Source: Stegostoma tigrinum | Taxonomy: Eukaryota | Length of the DNA: 64,000 nt | Direction: 5' to 3' | Assembly (NCBI RefSeq): GCF_030684315.1 | Contig: NC_081355.1 | Coordinates: 1,054,001 to 1,118,000 of the forward strand | Part shown: positions 1 to 11,597 of the stretch, in pieces | Layout: each line of letters opens with the position of its first letter | Numbering within the stretch: the stretch's first letter is position 1 | Notes under the pieces: generated by a model | The model's input: the letters and a program-made list of their open reading frames with translations, nothing else | The model's database searches: none | Told to the model about the DNA's origin: nothing | Position numbers and translations under genes: made by a program

Positions 1-86
1 AGGTTAGATGTGCTTCAGATTGGTTTCACAGGTTGGCGCAACATCGAGGGCCGAAGAGCCTGTACCGCGCTGTAGTGCTCTATGTT
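1..86 (+). mobile_element. CR1-type LINE 3' end fragment
   Basis: GGTTGGCGCAACATCGAGGGCCGAAGAGCCTGTACCGCGCTGTAGTGCTCTATGTT resembles the CR1 3' terminal hairpin and tail. Confidence 0.6.
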
Positions 87-109
87 TGCTGAGGGCATTA
101 CTTATGGTT

Positions 110-256
110 TTATATTATACCAACCACCCTAGCAAAACGAGGCATATAAATAACAAACAGGACAGAATAAGATGCTTCACTGAAGATGTTACTGAGCAGG
201 GTGACAAAATAATTGCAACCAAACCTATCAGCTCAGCGAGCACGTCTACAACCTTA
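110..256 (+). mobile_element. Penelope-like element terminal fragment with decayed hammerhead motif
   Basis: CTGAAGA(180-186)-T-GTTAC-loop-GTGAC-AAAA, where the hammerhead GAAA has decayed to AAAA at a CpG. Confidence 0.5.
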
Positions 257-620
257 ACTTACTCGCCTGTCTAAGACCCACTCTCAGATCAGAGAGTATT
301 CAGATTTTCTTTTCTTTCTTCCATTCCTGTGCTGAAGGAATTAAAGTCTTGTCAATCTGTTAAGTTAAAAATTAATCATAACTAACTGGGCCCACATTGA
401 CTGCTACACACTGATATTTAAAGTAGTAGAAACTGAAATATCATGTCCCACTCACAATAATGTTCTTTGTGATATTGACCAGAAAAGGCACATTTCCTGG
501 CACTGCACTCTCATCAGTACCTTGCCAAGTGCTCATTCCTCATGTCTAAGTCTAGATGGAATGCATTGGGAGTTCATTTAACTAACAGCCAAATTGAATA
601 ATTTTTCAACAGTTAAGCAG

Positions 621-1137
621 TTTTTTTATTCATTCACAGGACATGGGGATCATGGACTGGGCCAATACTTATTGACAATCTCTAATTGCCCAGAACACAG
701 TTAAGAGTCAATCACATTGCTGTGGGCCTGGAATCACACATAGGCCAGACCAAGTAAAGATGGCAATTTCCATTTCCCCAGAGGACTTTAACGAACCAGG
801 GGATTTTCTGAGAGCCATCATCCATTCATAGTCATCATTAGATTCCTGATTCCAGATTTTCATTGAATTCAAATGACACCACTTGCCATGGCAGGATTGA
901 AACCAAGCTCCCAGAATATGACCTGGGTCTTTGGATGAATAGAGATAATGGGAACTGCAGATGCTGGAGAATCCAAGATAACAAAGTATGAAGTGAGATC
1001 TGATGAAGGGTCTAGGCCCGAAACATCACCTTTTGTGCTCCTGAGATGCTGCTTGGCCTGCTGTGTTCATCCGGCTCCACACTTTGTTATCTTTGGATAA
1101 ATAGTCCAGTGATAATATTAGTAGACCATCGCCTCCC
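621..1137 (-). mobile_element. tRNA-derived SINE interrupted by a short PLE-derived insertion
   Basis: The minus strand starts GGAGGCGATGG, has a B-box-like GGTTTCAATCC and ends ...GTGAATGAATAAAAAAA. Same family as 8015, 11598, 39557 and 46280. Confidence 0.75.
943..1092. mobile_element. Short fold-back Penelope-derived element with hammerhead core
   Basis: Two opposed pieces of the PLE terminus. CTGATGA(1000-1006)...GAAAC(1020-1024)ATC. Flanked by CTTTGGATGAATAG / CTTTGGATAAATAG. Confidence 0.8.
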
Positions 1138-1389
1138 TTCTAAATGCAGCAGGATTCGCCCATAACATTCTGGGATGGCATCTTTTCAAGCCACAAGTAC
1201 CACAGTCTCTTCTAGTGCCTCACCACATTACCATACCTAAGGTTAACACACCGCTTCTGCCAAATCTACCAAATCCATTGTCACCAGAGGATAGGCCATA
1301 GGCTATCCGGGGAGTAAACTTTTGTGGGATAATAAGTATCAGATCCTCTCCATCCAATTATTTCTCATTTCTTCTCCTTTCGTTTCCAC

Positions 1390-2160
1390 TTTTTATCTTG
1401 CTGTTTTTTTCACCCCGCCCCAGTGCGGGCCTAGCAATGCACCCATGGTGTAGTCTTGGCCGTATCTCTCAGCAGCTCATGACGGTGTCTCGGAGTGTCC
1501 TAGCTCGGCGTGTGAGTAGGTGCTGCCTGGGAATATTCCGGAGAAAGGGGAGGCAGCAGCTTCAGCAGTAGCTATAGCATCACGGCAGAACATGGGAAGA
1601 GTGAGCGGTGTATGGAATCCGCAGCAGTGGCATTGAGGACAGGCAGTGAGTGAGCTCGGCATAAGACTCATCAAAGACCGCTATACTTTTAACGTAAAGT
1701 CCACAAGACCATAAGACCATAAGACATAGGAGTGGAAGTAAGGCAATTCGGCCCATCAAGTCCACTCCGCCATTTAAAGCATGGCTGATGGGCATTTCAA
1801 CTCCACTTCCCTGCAATCTCCCCGTAGCCCTTGATTCCTTGTGAGATCAAGAATTTATCGATCTCTGTCGTGAATGCATCCAACGTCCCGGCCTCCACTG
1901 CACTTCGCAGCAAAGTCCTTTATTTTTCAGGTTAAATTAAGAAAGACTTTAGTGTTAATGTTGCTTTATTTCTTTATTTTTCTCTTTATATGAAGTAAGC
2001 TTACCTTTTTAACTCTCATTCCTCCTACTACTTTGTACCTAAGTGGTTTTTGTATCGAGGTATCTGCTGCTTAAAATGATACCATGTCTGGTGACGCTAT
2101 GCATTTTTACTGTACCCCTGCACTTGAGTACATTTGACAATAAAATCTAAATCTAAATCT
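1390..2160 (+). mobile_element. Non-autonomous retroposon with GC-rich body and (AATCTA)n tail, interrupted by a CR1 fragment
   Basis: Ends TTTTACTGTAC...TGACAATAAAATCTAAATCTAAATCT. A related tail lies on the minus strand near 58685-58790. Confidence 0.55.
1703..1911 (-). mobile_element. CR1 LINE 3' end
   Basis: 8-bp tail repeats (AGACCATA)n plus the CR1 3'UTR, flanked by the direct repeat AAAGTCC (1696-1702 and 1912-1918). Confidence 0.85.
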
Positions 2161-2879
2161 TTGTTATCCATATTAATGAAGCAAAACATTATTAAACAAA
2201 ATGATATTAAAAAATCCAAATGTTGAATAAGAAATGCAACACCACTTACAACAATTAAGTGTCAGTCATCTGAGAGCAAAGGCATGTTATCGACAGGGAA
2301 CCTGAAAATATTAAATATTATAGTTACCAGTTGTAAACTCAAGGTGGAAAGTATATTTAAAAAGCTACAAAATAATTTAACAAAATAAGGTGACAAAGTT
2401 GCAGAGAAAATGGTGTGCCTCCTTTTGAAGTATTTACAGAGGCAAAAGATATCACTGGCCTCGATAGATTGTCTGCCTTGTTAATTTTGAGATTGTAATA
2501 TAGTGAAGGACAGATGTTGTACCGATAGTTCCATATGTCCATCTTTGATTTTATTATGTGGTGTTCATAAAACTATTTGTACAGATATAAAAGATTGTCC
2601 CATTTTCATTATCTGTCTGTGAGTACAAGGTGTATGTAGGAGGGGTTTCAACCTCCCCCCAATCCCTGTTCTTTCTCCATTTTCATCGGCCAAGATTAAT
2701 TTCCCAATGTTTCACAAGATGTGTGGCCATGGCAACAGGAAAGAAAGAGGTTTACAAATATCTAAAAGTTAGAATTAAATCCACCTATTCCAACAAAATT
2801 TTAACTCTGTGCTTACTAAATCTTCCTTGGAAAGACTGACAGGACTTGGCTCAAGGTCTGAGAGAGGGTGAAGTGAATT

Positions 2880-3205
2880 TTTTTTTATTTCTTTGTGGAA
2901 TTTGGGCTTCACTAGTTTGGCCAGCATTTATTGCCCATCCCTAGTTGCCCTTGAGAAGGTGGTGGTGAGCTGCCTTCTTGAACCACTGCAGTCCATGTGC
3001 TATAAGTTGAACCACAATGCTATTAGGGAGGGAGTTCCAGGAATTTGACCCAGCGTCAGTGAAAGAGCAGAGATATATTTCTAAGTCAGGATGGTGAGTG
3101 GCTTGAAGGGAAACATTCAGGTGGTAATGCTCCCATGAATCCGTTGCTCTCGTGTTCTGAGATGTTAAGAGGTCATCGATTATGAAGGTGTTGTCTAAGG
3201 AACCT
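2880..3205 (-). mobile_element. 3' end of a CR1-group LINE sharing its tail with the tRNA-SINE
   Basis: GGCCAGCATTTATTGCCCATCCCTAGTTGCCCTTGAGAAGGTGG; similar sequence at 19565, 39912 and 54870-55210. Confidence 0.65.
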
Positions 3206-3529
3206 TGGAAAATTTCAGGATTCTGCTTGTGATTCCCTTAACTCTTTTCGCACAGGACAGAATGGAGAGGATATGCCTCTGGGATTCCCAAGTTTCTCTC
3301 TGACAGCCTTCTGTTCCAGGCTTGCCCTCCCTTATCCTCTTGTCCACCAGAACTATCTGTCACAGTTGGTCATCCCTCTGCCTTTCCCAATCTCTTCAGA
3401 TGAATTGCTGATAACCAATTACAGGCTCTGCTTCTTCCATCTGATGGTCAGGGTTACATTCCCACAGTTTCAGTTTGAGGCAAGATATCGAAGATTGTAA
3501 TCAGATTCGCTAAATAAAATGACAGTGTG

Positions 3530-3800
3530 ATTTGCCAATCTTCCACCTTCTCTTTTCACCCACACCTCCCACCTACTGCCACCCCCGACTCCTCCCTGTC
3601 CGCTTCCAAATCTATTTCATCCATTCCCCTACACCATCTTCATGTGTCACTCTCAAGCCTTCCCCCTTTCTTCACTACTTCCTCATTAATACTACTTCGC
3701 TTCCTCCATCTATTTCTTTGTCTCCTCTCCTTCTCCCCATGCCCTCCTCTCCTCCACTTCCATTCGCATCTCTGCTTCCTTCCCCCTCGTTCCATCACTC
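3530..3800. repeat. Pyrimidine-rich low-complexity tract
   Basis: CT-dominated sequence, which accounts for the Ser/Pro/Leu-rich ORFs here. Confidence 0.7.
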
Positions 3801-5529
3801 TGTTAAAATCATATGGTCTTTATCACATGGTCTTTAGCATGCCAGTCCTTATGTGGGCTAAACTTTGAGATCAAATCTCCTGTTGATTTAAATATTGCAA
3901 TTACCCAATAATCAGTTTAATAATTTGGCTGCACATATCGATCTGGGAGATTCTTTTAAGATGAAGCCTGAAATAAAATTGATTTCATTGCCTAAATGCC
4001 AAAGTTAATAGCAAGTGGCAAAGTGCTGATTCAGTCCCTGAGCAACGGCAGATGTTTTATTTACTTTTCCGTTCTCTGATAACTGCACTTAAACTTTCTA
4101 TTATCCCTTACTTGCAAGGTGCTCATGAACAATATTGTATTTCAGCACTCAGATTGATGGCAATACATCTGTGTGTCCAGTTTTCACCCTACTCTTTGCT
4201 GTTTTAAGTAAAAGCCAGAAAAGGAGGCGTTAGGGCTGAAGGAACAGACAGAGAGAGTGTGTGTGTGTTTTTTGAACTAATTTGGATTTTGGTGGTTTTT
4301 ATCTGGAGTTAAGTTCAGGTTAGGACCTTGATTCACAAAGAAGTGGAACATATGTGAAAGAGGAAGGTATGATGAATAAGACTTCAATAGCTGCAGCAGG
4401 TTCAAGCGATGCCACAGGGGCAGTCTCCATAGTAATATCTGCACCTTCCCACTTGCAAACGGCTCTGGAAAATCACATTTCTCCAAGTGTCACTGTCATC
4501 ACCAGGTTGTTAAACTCATTAAAAAAAGAATTCAACGATGTGGTAGCAATAGAGAAATGCTCATAGTAGCTATTGTGCTGGAGGTGGCTTCTGTTCTGGG
4601 GCTGAGATATTTGAAGAGAACAGACTGGAAGCACTTTGTTTTAAAAAAAAAGTTCTTTGTCTGTTTCTGATGAGACATTTTTCACAGCTGGTTCTGTTGG
4701 CTGAGGGGCCCCAATTGTTGTAAGTTTTCTTTTCATTCAAAAATGCCAGGAAACAATTTAATTAATCATAAAATATAGAGCCTAACATAAAGCCAACAGA
4801 AGGTGCCCCCTTAGAGATAATAAACTTTTTACGAGCAAGTCAGATCCACAAACAGATGAGTAGATTAACTCAAATATAGTAAGTTTTTAGTGAGTAATTT
4901 ACACATCGTTTGCATGTTATACCACCAATAACACCTTCCTGTCAAACATTTTCCACATCTTGCTTTCTGTTTATGCTATTTCCATAACACTTGGTTTGAG
5001 TTTTTTTTGACTAGTCTAAGCCCTAAATTTCCAATGGGATCTCCTTGTCCCCAAAAACATTCCTGAGAATGTAGCTGGTCAACACACATGAGGAAAACTG
5101 TTGAGCCATTTGCGTGCCACATCACAGAATGAGGTCTTGCTGAGGAAATAAATAGCTTACCTTGAGATATAAACTTTCACAATGTCTATAAAGTGCTTGG
5201 CAGTCAATGAATTACTTCTAAAGTGCAGTGATTCTGGAAATGTAGGAAATGCAGCAGCTAATTTGGGTATAACAGGCTCCTACACACGGCACTGTGGTAA
5301 TGTCAAGATAATCTGGTTTCTGTAACAAACAATAGAAGTCGCTGCAGAAACTCAGCAGGTCTGGCAGTAACTGTGGTAAGAAAGCAGAGTTATTGATTCA
5401 ATTCAGGACACTTTTCTTTATACCTTCCAATCTGTTTTCTGTGTTGGTTAAGTGATAATGATAAGCTTGAAGGTCTGAGACGAGAATCCCCCATTATTTT
5501 CTCATGTTACGGGGATCCCTCCCACAGAC

Positions 5530-5985
5530 TGCTACAAGCTCTGAAGAACTACAACCCCAAGTAGTCCATCCCAAAGCCAATATAGGGAAAATTAGAGACC
5601 AATAGGCTCAACATTGAATTCACTAGCTTCAAAATCTCCCCATCCCCGGCATCATCCCATGTCCAGCCTTTCCTCTCATCACCACATCTTGACCTGACAC
5701 AACCTGTCCATCTTCCTCCTCACCTATCCCACTCCACCTTTCCCATTGGCTAATCTCCGCAACACCCCCAACCTGCATCCATCTATCGCCACCCCACCTA
5801 ACTTCAGCAAACTCTACCCCCCTCCCTCTCTTTATTACAGAGCTTCCATCCTTCTGCTCAGTCCTGATGAAGGGCCCCGACTCGAAACATCGACTTTCCT
5901 GCTCCTCTGATGCTGCTTGACCTGATGTGTTTCTCCCATGCCACACTGTATCGACTCTGACTTCTACCATCTGCCATTTTTGCTT
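5530..5985 (+). mobile_element. Penelope-like element 3' remnant with minimal hammerhead
   Basis: GIY-YIG C-terminal remnant (GLNIEFTSFKIS), then AGTC-CTGATGA(5864-5870)...GAAAC(5884-5888)-ATC-GACT. Confidence 0.8.
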
Positions 5986-6179
5986 TCTCCTCGCCCATTC
6001 CAATTTTTTTTGAATTTTACTAAAAAGTTAGCGATCAAAAATAACCAAGGTAATTGATTTGCATTTGGTATTAAAGAAATAATGATGATGGAGAAATCAA
6101 TACTTAGCAATGAACTTTGCATGAGTCCCAGAGTACTAATGGATAAAAAAAAAACTGCTTTAATTTCAGCTGTGTAGTA

Positions 6180-6204
6180 GGCGGGAGTAACTATGACTCT
6201 CTTA
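6180..6204 (+). other. 28S rRNA fragment (helix 69 region, just upstream of the R2 insertion site); not an rRNA gene
   Basis: GGCGGGAGTAACTATGACTCTCTTA matches the conserved eukaryotic 28S sequence GGCGGGAGTAACTATGACTCTCTTAAGG|TAGCC over 25 nt. The flanks are not rDNA. Confidence 0.93.
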
Positions 6205-6272
6205 GTTACATGGTCGACCACCTCCTCGTGGTTTCCGCCGGAAGCAGGCCTTGCCTGGCCAAGAGTCGACCA
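6180..6272 (+). ncRNA. HDV-like self-cleaving ribozyme, R2 retrotransposon 5' type
   Basis: P1 GGCGGGA(6180-86)/TTCCGCC(6233-39); P2 TGGTCGAC(6211-18)/GTCGACCA(6265-72); P3 ACC(6220-22)/GGT(6230-32); L3 TCCTCGT; P1.1 CC(6224-25)/GG(6240-41); P4 CAGGC(6245-49)/GCCTG(6253-57); J4/2 GCCAA with candidate catalytic C6259. Confidence 0.9.
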
Positions 6273-6619
6273 ACTCGTCTGGGGCTAGCACCCCCAGCCG
6301 TTTAACTGCTGTGCTACGTCATGTAAAAAAATGGAAAAGTCCGAGGCCACTGCTTTGGCACACAGCAGTCGTGGAGGAATTGCCCTCACAATATTATAAT
6401 CTGCATTTACAATGTGTAACACCCTTCTTTTTTCATTGACTTCCACACTGTAATCTTTCAGAAGTTACATTTATAACTAATAATAGCACAAAAAGCTTTA
6501 TGTGGAAATAGTTGCTGAGATAAACATATATGCATTGAAGACGAAATGGTGCAATTTAAAGCATTTTCTCAAAAAAGAGTCAGCCTAAAAAGTCAAGCCA
6601 GACATTTCAAGAACAAAGA

Positions 6620-7370
6620 AATGGCAGATGGAATATAATGTGGGAAAATGTGAGGTTATACACTTTGGTAGGAAGAATCGAGGCATAGACTATTTTCTAA
6701 ATAGGGAAAGGCTTTGGAAATCTAATGGGCAAAGAGACTTAGAAATCTTCATTCATGATTCTCTTACAGTTAACACGCAAGTTCAATTGGCAGTAAGAAA
6801 GAAAATTCATTTCAAGAGGATGAGAATACAAGAGCAGCAATGTATTGGTGAAATTGTATAAGAATCTGGTTAGATTGCATTTGGAATATTGTGAGCAGTT
6901 TGGGGCTCTGTACCTAAAAAAGATGTGCTTGCCTTGGAAGGGGTACAAAGGAGGTTTACAAGAATGATCCTGGGGATGAAGGACATGTCAGCTGAGGAGC
7001 AGATGAGGACTCTGAACCTGACTGAAATTGACAGAATACCTGGAGGCCTGGATAGACTGAATGTGGAGAAAATGTTTCCTCTCGTAGGAGACATTGGAAC
7101 CTATGCTCAGAATGAAGGCAGGGCCTTTTCGAACTGAGATGAAGAATTTCTTCAGCCAGAAGGTGGTCAACCTGTGGAACTCAATGCAGCAGCAGAACGT
7201 GGAGGCCAAGTGATTGGATAAGGTAGATATGTATTTGATTAGTAAGGGAGTCAAGGGTTACTTGGAAAAGGCAGGAGAATGAGTGACAAACATATCAGCT
7301 ACAATCAAGTGGTGGAACAGACTAAATGGGTGAATGGCCTAATTTTGCTTTTGTATCTTGTGGTCTTTTA
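6620..7370 (+). mobile_element. CR1 LINE 3' portion, decayed
   Basis: MEYNVGKCEVIHFGRKN and LALEGVQRRFTRMI are CR1 ORF2 C-terminal motifs, followed by the 3'UTR. Confidence 0.9.
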
Positions 7371-8014
7371 TGCCTTCTCCGTAAGTTTGATCCCGTCTTA
7401 ACTTTACTGTACTATGGATGGTGGGTTCTCCCCTTGGAAATTTTTCCTTCTATTAGGAATGTACTTATTTGGATAAATAACCTCAACTGGCTTCCATTGC
7501 TTCTATATTGATGTATATCCCAGCCTAGAATCCTAGGTTAACAACCCCAGTCAAGGATTGCATTGTCAATGAGATCCACTCCAATCGCGACAAAAACTTT
7601 CTACTATTAAATCCTCATCAAGGCAACTATTACCAGTCTGATTTTCCCAGTTTTTATATAGATTAAAATCACACATAATTATTATTTTCCTTGTATCATA
7701 AGCACCCATTATTATTTATATTAATGTCAGAAAAAATTTGTGGATGTCTTCTACAGAAAAGAACTGGATACCATACTCGTGAAAACTGATGTACATTTAC
7801 TAACTGTTTGCAGTAGGTGCAGAAGAACAGCTCATGAGGAATTTCACTCAAACTTCCTTCATTCAGATGCCAGTTCTACCTGATCTGATATCACTGATGA
7901 TGTCGGCTAACTATTAGCCAATAACTATTAATACTGTGTACATCAGGTTTCATGCACTCTAGCCTTTACTTCTCACCACCTCCTAGCTCACCCCAAGTAA
8001 CCTTCCCTTTAGGA

Positions 8015-8336
8015 GGAGGCAGTGGTGTCACAATAATGTCACTCGACTGGTAACCCACAGTCTAGAATACTGCATTTGGGACTTGGGTGTCATTCTCACC
8101 GTGGTAATTGGTGAAAACTTTTATTCAATAAAAATCTGGATTAAAAAAAGCAACCTACTTGCATGTATTCACTATTGGTTATTGTAAAAACCCATCTGGT
8201 TCACTACTGTCCTATAGATAATGAAAACTGTCATCTTACCTGGCCAAGCCTACACGTGACTCCAGACTCACAGCAGTATGGTTGACTTTGGGTAATTAAA
8301 GATGGCTAGCCCACAGCCCATGAAGGAATAAAAAAA
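8015..8336 (+). mobile_element. tRNA-derived SINE
   Basis: GGAGGCAGTGG head, CCCATCTGGTTCACTA body, GAATAAAAAAA tail. Confidence 0.75.
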
Positions 8337-9404
8337 GTACACTCTTCATCCTCACCCCTCCTCTGCCCAGCATCTCTACCCCTCCAGACCCCTCAGACTC
8401 TCCATGTGTTGCCTTTCTCCCTATATCTTCCCATGGAAAGTCTCACAGTATTCCTTATGAAATCTGTGAAATCTTGGAAATGCCCATGAAACAGTCATTC
8501 AAATTCTATCTGTAAACAATACTTTAATCCTCTTAGGAGATCAAAAAGTTGACATATTAACAGCTAAATAAGCTCTAGAGACAACAACAACAAAAAAATT
8601 CTGTCTATAGAACTGTCAATTAAGCAAACAGCCATCCAAACACACTTCCTCTTCAGAGCACAGAAAACTGTTACATCCCTTGACAGCTTTTTCAAATCCC
8701 TGCTGGACCAAATCCATGAATGATGTTTAGAACTCAGCCAAACTTTCATAGTTAGATTCTCTTGCACAGTTAACCCTGTCAACAAATGTCCAGAGATGGA
8801 TTAATTAAATCCTTTGATGTTGTGGAAAGCTCATCCATCTGTGCGTCAATCCATGGTGAAAAACATGCCTCATCTGTTAATTAATTAAATACAAGGTTAA
8901 TTGTCATGCTAAAATCTGAATCACATACTTCACTGCAGAATATTGCTTGATAAGTAAATTATTTCAATGCACCTGAAAACCTTTCCATATTGACAATGCT
9001 GGTTAATTTATTGGTCACTTACCTTTGAAAACAATGCCCCTATCAACAATCATGCCATTAAAAGAATGTTTAACTTATCATGGAGCATTGCATTATGACT
9101 TTTGAATTTAACACTTTTTTAAAACTTGGCTGTCAAGGTATTACTAAAACAAGAAAGGGTGTCTCCGTTGCTTCATAATATCTGTGCTCTTAAAAAATCC
9201 ACATAATGGGAATGGTACAGGGTGGGGAGGGGGAGACTGGGTGGCTGACCTAGAATTCACTCCCACCTTCCACTTTGTCTCCTTACCAGACAATGGTTTA
9301 CCCTATGCTGGGGAGGCAAAATCCATCCCATCATCTTTGGTAATTGACATAATAACTTTATATCTTTGTGTGGGCACCCTATCACCTGTGGCTTGCTATG
9401 CATC

Positions 9405-9825
9405 AACCTTATCTCTGAGTCGGAAGATAATGGGTTCAAGTCCAATCCTTGAGACTTGGCTACATGGGCTGAACTGACTTTATAAGCAACACTGAACAGC
9501 TATGCAGTGCTGTCAGCAAACATCTTTTGGATGAGATGTTCAACAGATGTCCCATCTAACTCCTCAGGTTGAAGTAAAAATATTCCACAACTGCCAATTC
9601 CCAGACGAGCAAAGATGAACTCCTCCAATTATCCAGCCCAATATTTATCCACAGAAACAGGCTGTCCTGTCACAATAACATTGCTGTTTGTAATATCTTG
9701 GTGCATTTACAGTCACATTTCTTACTTTCTAACAGTAACTACAAGTCAAAAATGCCATGAATAGCACTAAGCTGCTTTGGCATTCTGCTGTGAAGCTGTA
9801 TAAGGTGTTATACCAATGTAAGGCA
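9405..9825 (+). mobile_element. Old SINE, probably DeuSINE/SacSINE1-like
   Basis: CTCTGAGTCGGAAGATAATGGGTTCAAGTCC B-box head and TTTTGGATGAGATGTT body. Similar pieces at ~11160-11330 (-) and ~49715-49960 (+). Confidence 0.5.
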
Positions 9826-11597
9826 TTAATTTGCTAAAAGGAACACTCCTTGTGATAAATAGGTCCTATGCCAATTCCAGCAGCAGAGATTGAAGCTGGA
9901 CTTTTAGTGAGGCGCAGGTTTGTGACACAGTTTTTTTGACTTTGGCAAGTTGAAAGCTCACACTGGTGGATAGATGATGACGGTGTTGGTTGAAGAAGCA
10001 TCTGTTAAAAACTACTCTTCTTCAAATAAGAAAGCTTATGGCCAGTGAAAGCTACTTCTGTGCCAACATCAAATTCTATCTGGTGGCTTGGGAAAGTGCT
10101 GGAACAGGGTTTAACGGTAGGAATCTCTGGATCTTCAGCAATACCCTCACTCTCTTTGCCTCTCATATGTGCCAGGCAGTGGACGGTAACTGTAGCCAAT
10201 GCTAGTGGGGCCGGAAATACTGGATTTTTACTGAAAGGCTGTAGTCACTCCATATTGAATCTGGTCACATTCCTTGCTGGTTCCCAATACTATTTCGTCC
10301 AGGAGAGAATCAGACTCCTCGACTTCTAAAATAATGGAAGGTAGAGATAGGAGTTTTGCATTTGAAATGTCCATTCATCGTTTGAGTGTTTTGAGATGCC
10401 AGCCAAACCCCTGAGTATTGATTGTATGAGCTGTTTAATGTTCAGATTGCCAGCATTTGCATTTTATTTTAATATTTGATGTTGAGTGTTGCACATAGCA
10501 CACTATTTGAACAGTTAACTTCAGTTATATTGATTTTTTTTCATCCTGTTGATGGCTTCAAGTTGTTTTCATCTGATCAATTAATAACCAATCAAGCACA
10601 CTGGGCCTTCTTTTGCATTAAAGTGTTATGGAGTAGATAACTAAAAGTAAATTTTATGTTTGAAACTACAATGAGAGTCTGCTACCATGAGAAGAAGCCA
10701 TAAAAGTGAAGCACAGATTTTCATTAGGCATGCCAAATCGAGAAACCTATTAACTGAAATGACCTATTAATAATACATGTTTTAAGTTGTGCTCTCCCAG
10801 GCAAATCCAACTGATAATGGTCTTTTTAAGTAATTTATTTGAAAGGAAACATCTACCACCTTGGAATATCCCAAAGCAATCTACTAGCAATGAAGAACCT
10901 TTTGAAGTATAATGATTGTTGGCAACCGATTTGTGCACAGCAAATTCTCACAAACAGCAATGTGATAGTGAAAACAAAAAACGCTGGAGGATAGGCAGTA
11001 TCCATGTTGAGAAAGCAAGCTAATGTTTCAACTCTTGGTGAGTCTCCAGATTCCAGCATTTGCACCAATTTGCTCCAGCAATGCGACAATGACTGATAAC
11101 ATCCTGTTACAGTGATGTTGATTGAAGAATAAGTATTAAGCAGGATAAGAAAAAAGATTCCCTTTTCTCTTTCAAAATAGTTCCATTGAATCTTTCAGTT
11201 CTAGCTAAGAGTGTTGGTAAAATTTCATCTGTAAAACAGCACTCCTGAAAGTAAGAATGGGGTGCAAGCTGTGGTTTTCCTGAATGTGAGTTTTGAACCC
11301 ATTGCCTTCTGAATCGGGCAAAAGTGTGAGCTCTTGAGGCTTGAGGTTGTTGATTATACAAGTTTGTTGATACCGTGTAACTAAGGGAAGTTGACAAGGA
11401 CTGATGAACTGTCACTGGACTCAAACCTTTAATTCCACTTTCTCCCTACAGATGCTGCCACACATGCTGAGTTTCACTAGCAATTTCTGTTTTGTTTCAG
11501 AACCCCCCTCCAGAGTTGACAGTTCTTTGTTGTATCACAGCACAGGGGCTGCTGTGCTTCTAGAAGAAACCTAATATCTCTTGTTCAGCAGGAATTG

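Noticed and set aside
2357-2620. Short ORFs as possible exon
   Set aside because: No recognisable homology; other frames stop early.
6180-6204. 28S rRNA gene or rDNA pseudogene
   Set aside because: Only 25 nt match and neither flank continues as rDNA. It is better explained as the R2 ribozyme leader.
9990-10329. Overlapping ORFs in unique sequence as a coding exon
   Set aside because: No family resemblance in any frame and no clear splice sites.
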